DNA of 64,000 nucleotides, taken from assembly GCA_051362555.1 (NCBI GenBank), contig CM120641.1, positions 9,424,001 to 9,488,000 of the forward strand, read 5' to 3'. Of the stretch, positions 62,616-64,000 are shown one piece after another (position 1 is the first letter of the stretch; every line of letters begins with the position of its first letter). The stretch is from Lingula anatina. Lineage: Eukaryota > Animalia > Brachiopoda. The notes beneath the pieces were generated by a model that was not told the origin of the DNA, searched no databases, and saw nothing but the letters and a program-made list of their open reading frames with translations. The position numbers and the translations under genes were made by a program.

Positions 62616-64000
62616 AATTGAAAATTCAATTGTGCCAAGGCTATATTTCAAAATTTATACTTTAATATTTCAAACACTTAAACATTATATGCTGTGTTTT
62701 TATCTTTTGATGATCATTATAAAAGAGCAAAGTCAGAATTATAGGAATCATAAAGTGCTCTATAAAAAAGGTGATGATCAAGAATCTAAGGCCCCATTCA
62801 CATCGAGAAGAGCTGAGGCTCAAGAAGGCTGAGACCTAAATATGGTGGACGTACATGAAAGAAAAACCACCTAATCCTTTAATGGTCTCTCTGCCTTTCA
62901 CACGCCTCCCCATGCATCGTCCCTGCTGGGGTACAGTCATTAAATCCTGGCTCCATTGGGACGACACATGGGGAGGTGTGTGAGAGGCAGAGGGACCATT
63001 AAAGTATTAGGCGGTTTTCCTCTCATGTACATCTGCCATATTTAGGTCTCAGCCTTGTTGAGCCTTGGCTCTTCTCAATGTGAATGCAGTCTAATACACA
63101 CTATATGTGTATTACATGAATTACTATAAAAATACCTACATTTTTCCATTAACTGTTTCATCTTGCCTGCATCTTTTAGGTTGGAAATCATCAGACATTT
63201 CTTACTACAGATATCGACAATCGGCAGTGAATCCTGGGCCACCTCTTATAATTGCTAATAATAATTTTAACAGTCACCAGGTATAAAATTCATTTAGTGT
63301 TCATTTGTCTTTAATTTATTTTTAATGCTGATTAACTGAATCAGTTTATACAAAGGTATCCCTCCATTGAATGCAATAATACTTTCAATCATTAGCTGAC
63401 CAATCAGACTTTATCAGACTTCAGACAAAATATCCTGATAGATTTCAGTTCATTTTCCTATTGCCATTTATAAAAATTACAAATGAGGCTGTTTTTTTCT
63501 TAATTCAGTGAGATTAAAAAAATGAATTGATCAATAAAAACCCAATAACATTCCCGTGGATAAATATTGACTGGTAAACTTCAGTTGATTTTTTTCATAG
63601 CTATCAAGAAATAAAACTTTTTGTTTATTGCAAATGAAACTTCGCTGTGAATTTTGTACCAGTATGATTACATGATTTATCTTTACATTGATTTTTAGAC
63701 AGAGTTAACATCAGTGGAATTCAGAGTCTTGTCTAATCCTGTGAAACCAAAATTTACAGACTTGCTATATATATTTCAGGTAACTAAAAATCAGATAATT
63801 ATTTTTCAGTCTATAAGGCATTTACTTGATATAGAATATTTCATACTTTCTTAATACCTGTAGCATATAACACTTATTTTTTAAGCACCATTTTGTTTGT
63901 CTTTTTTGAACTTAGGTATAGTTTCTACTCTTTGTCCACCATTGCAGGTAACACCTGTTGCCAGCTGTGCAGAATTGCTTGTAGGAGCCACAGCAAATAT
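58644..64000 (+). CDS. Secreted or membrane protein: signal peptide, Cys-rich N-terminal module, at least 2 FN3-like domains (5' partial)
   Basis: In-frame exons 58644-58847 (MLQHFLFRAALCALLTACIA...CKAQCIADCLQQ), 59200-59226, 60327-60386, 60544-60595, 60838-60989 (LVRWND), 61460-61574 (LLLCQQYSVRIFAV), 62173-62274 (PGTVGNLT..FQWMPPEG), 63180-63280, 63699-63779, 63948->64000 (YIFQVTPV); FN3 W and Y-x-V/F-x-V/I motifs. Confidence 0.75.
61739..61954. mobile_element. PIF/Harbinger-like MITE
   Basis: TAA-gactgcattcccacagattt..agatcgatc ... gatcgatctaaatctgtgggaagccagtc-TAA. Confidence 0.8.
62563..62612. repeat. (TA)n microsatellite
   Basis: Directly visible. Confidence 0.95.
62790..63091. mobile_element. 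PIF/Harbinger-like fold-back MITE (diverged arms)
   Basis: TAA-ggccccattcacatcgagaagagc...aggctgagacctaaatatgg ... ccatatttaggtctcagcct...gctcttctcaatgtgaatgcagtc-TAA; ~135-bp arms. Confidence 0.85.

Overview
AT-rich, intron-dense animal genomic DNA, probably an invertebrate bilaterian (lophotrochozoan-like; inferred from gene structure and repeat content, not established). Six multi-exon genes can be reconstructed by hand. (1) The 3' end of ULK4 (+, to 4185). (2) The NEDD8 E2 UBE2F (-, 5616-7766), head-to-head with (3) the ESCRT-II subunit VPS25 (+, 10511-20963), which carries a U12-type intron. (4) A ~32-exon type-I membrane receptor (+, 22830-43831) with an LRP5/6-like ectodomain of four YWTD-propeller/EGF units, but with three Sushi/CCP domains and a Thr-rich stalk where LDLa repeats would be, and an endocytic tail lacking PPPSP motifs. 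(5) A PDZ + coiled-coil protein ending in its own class I PDZ-binding motif (-, 45528-49866; includes a GC-AG intron). (6) The 5' part of a signal-peptide, Cys-rich + FN3 protein (+, 58644 to window end). Introns hold a Rex1/Babar-like LINE remnant, an internally deleted Tc1 element, several PIF/Harbinger-, hAT- and Kolobok-like MITEs with intact TSDs, Helentron-like repeats and mini/microsatellites. CpG density appears to switch sharply between genes, consistent with mosaic gene-body methylation. All calls come from manual reading and splicing; no database search was run.
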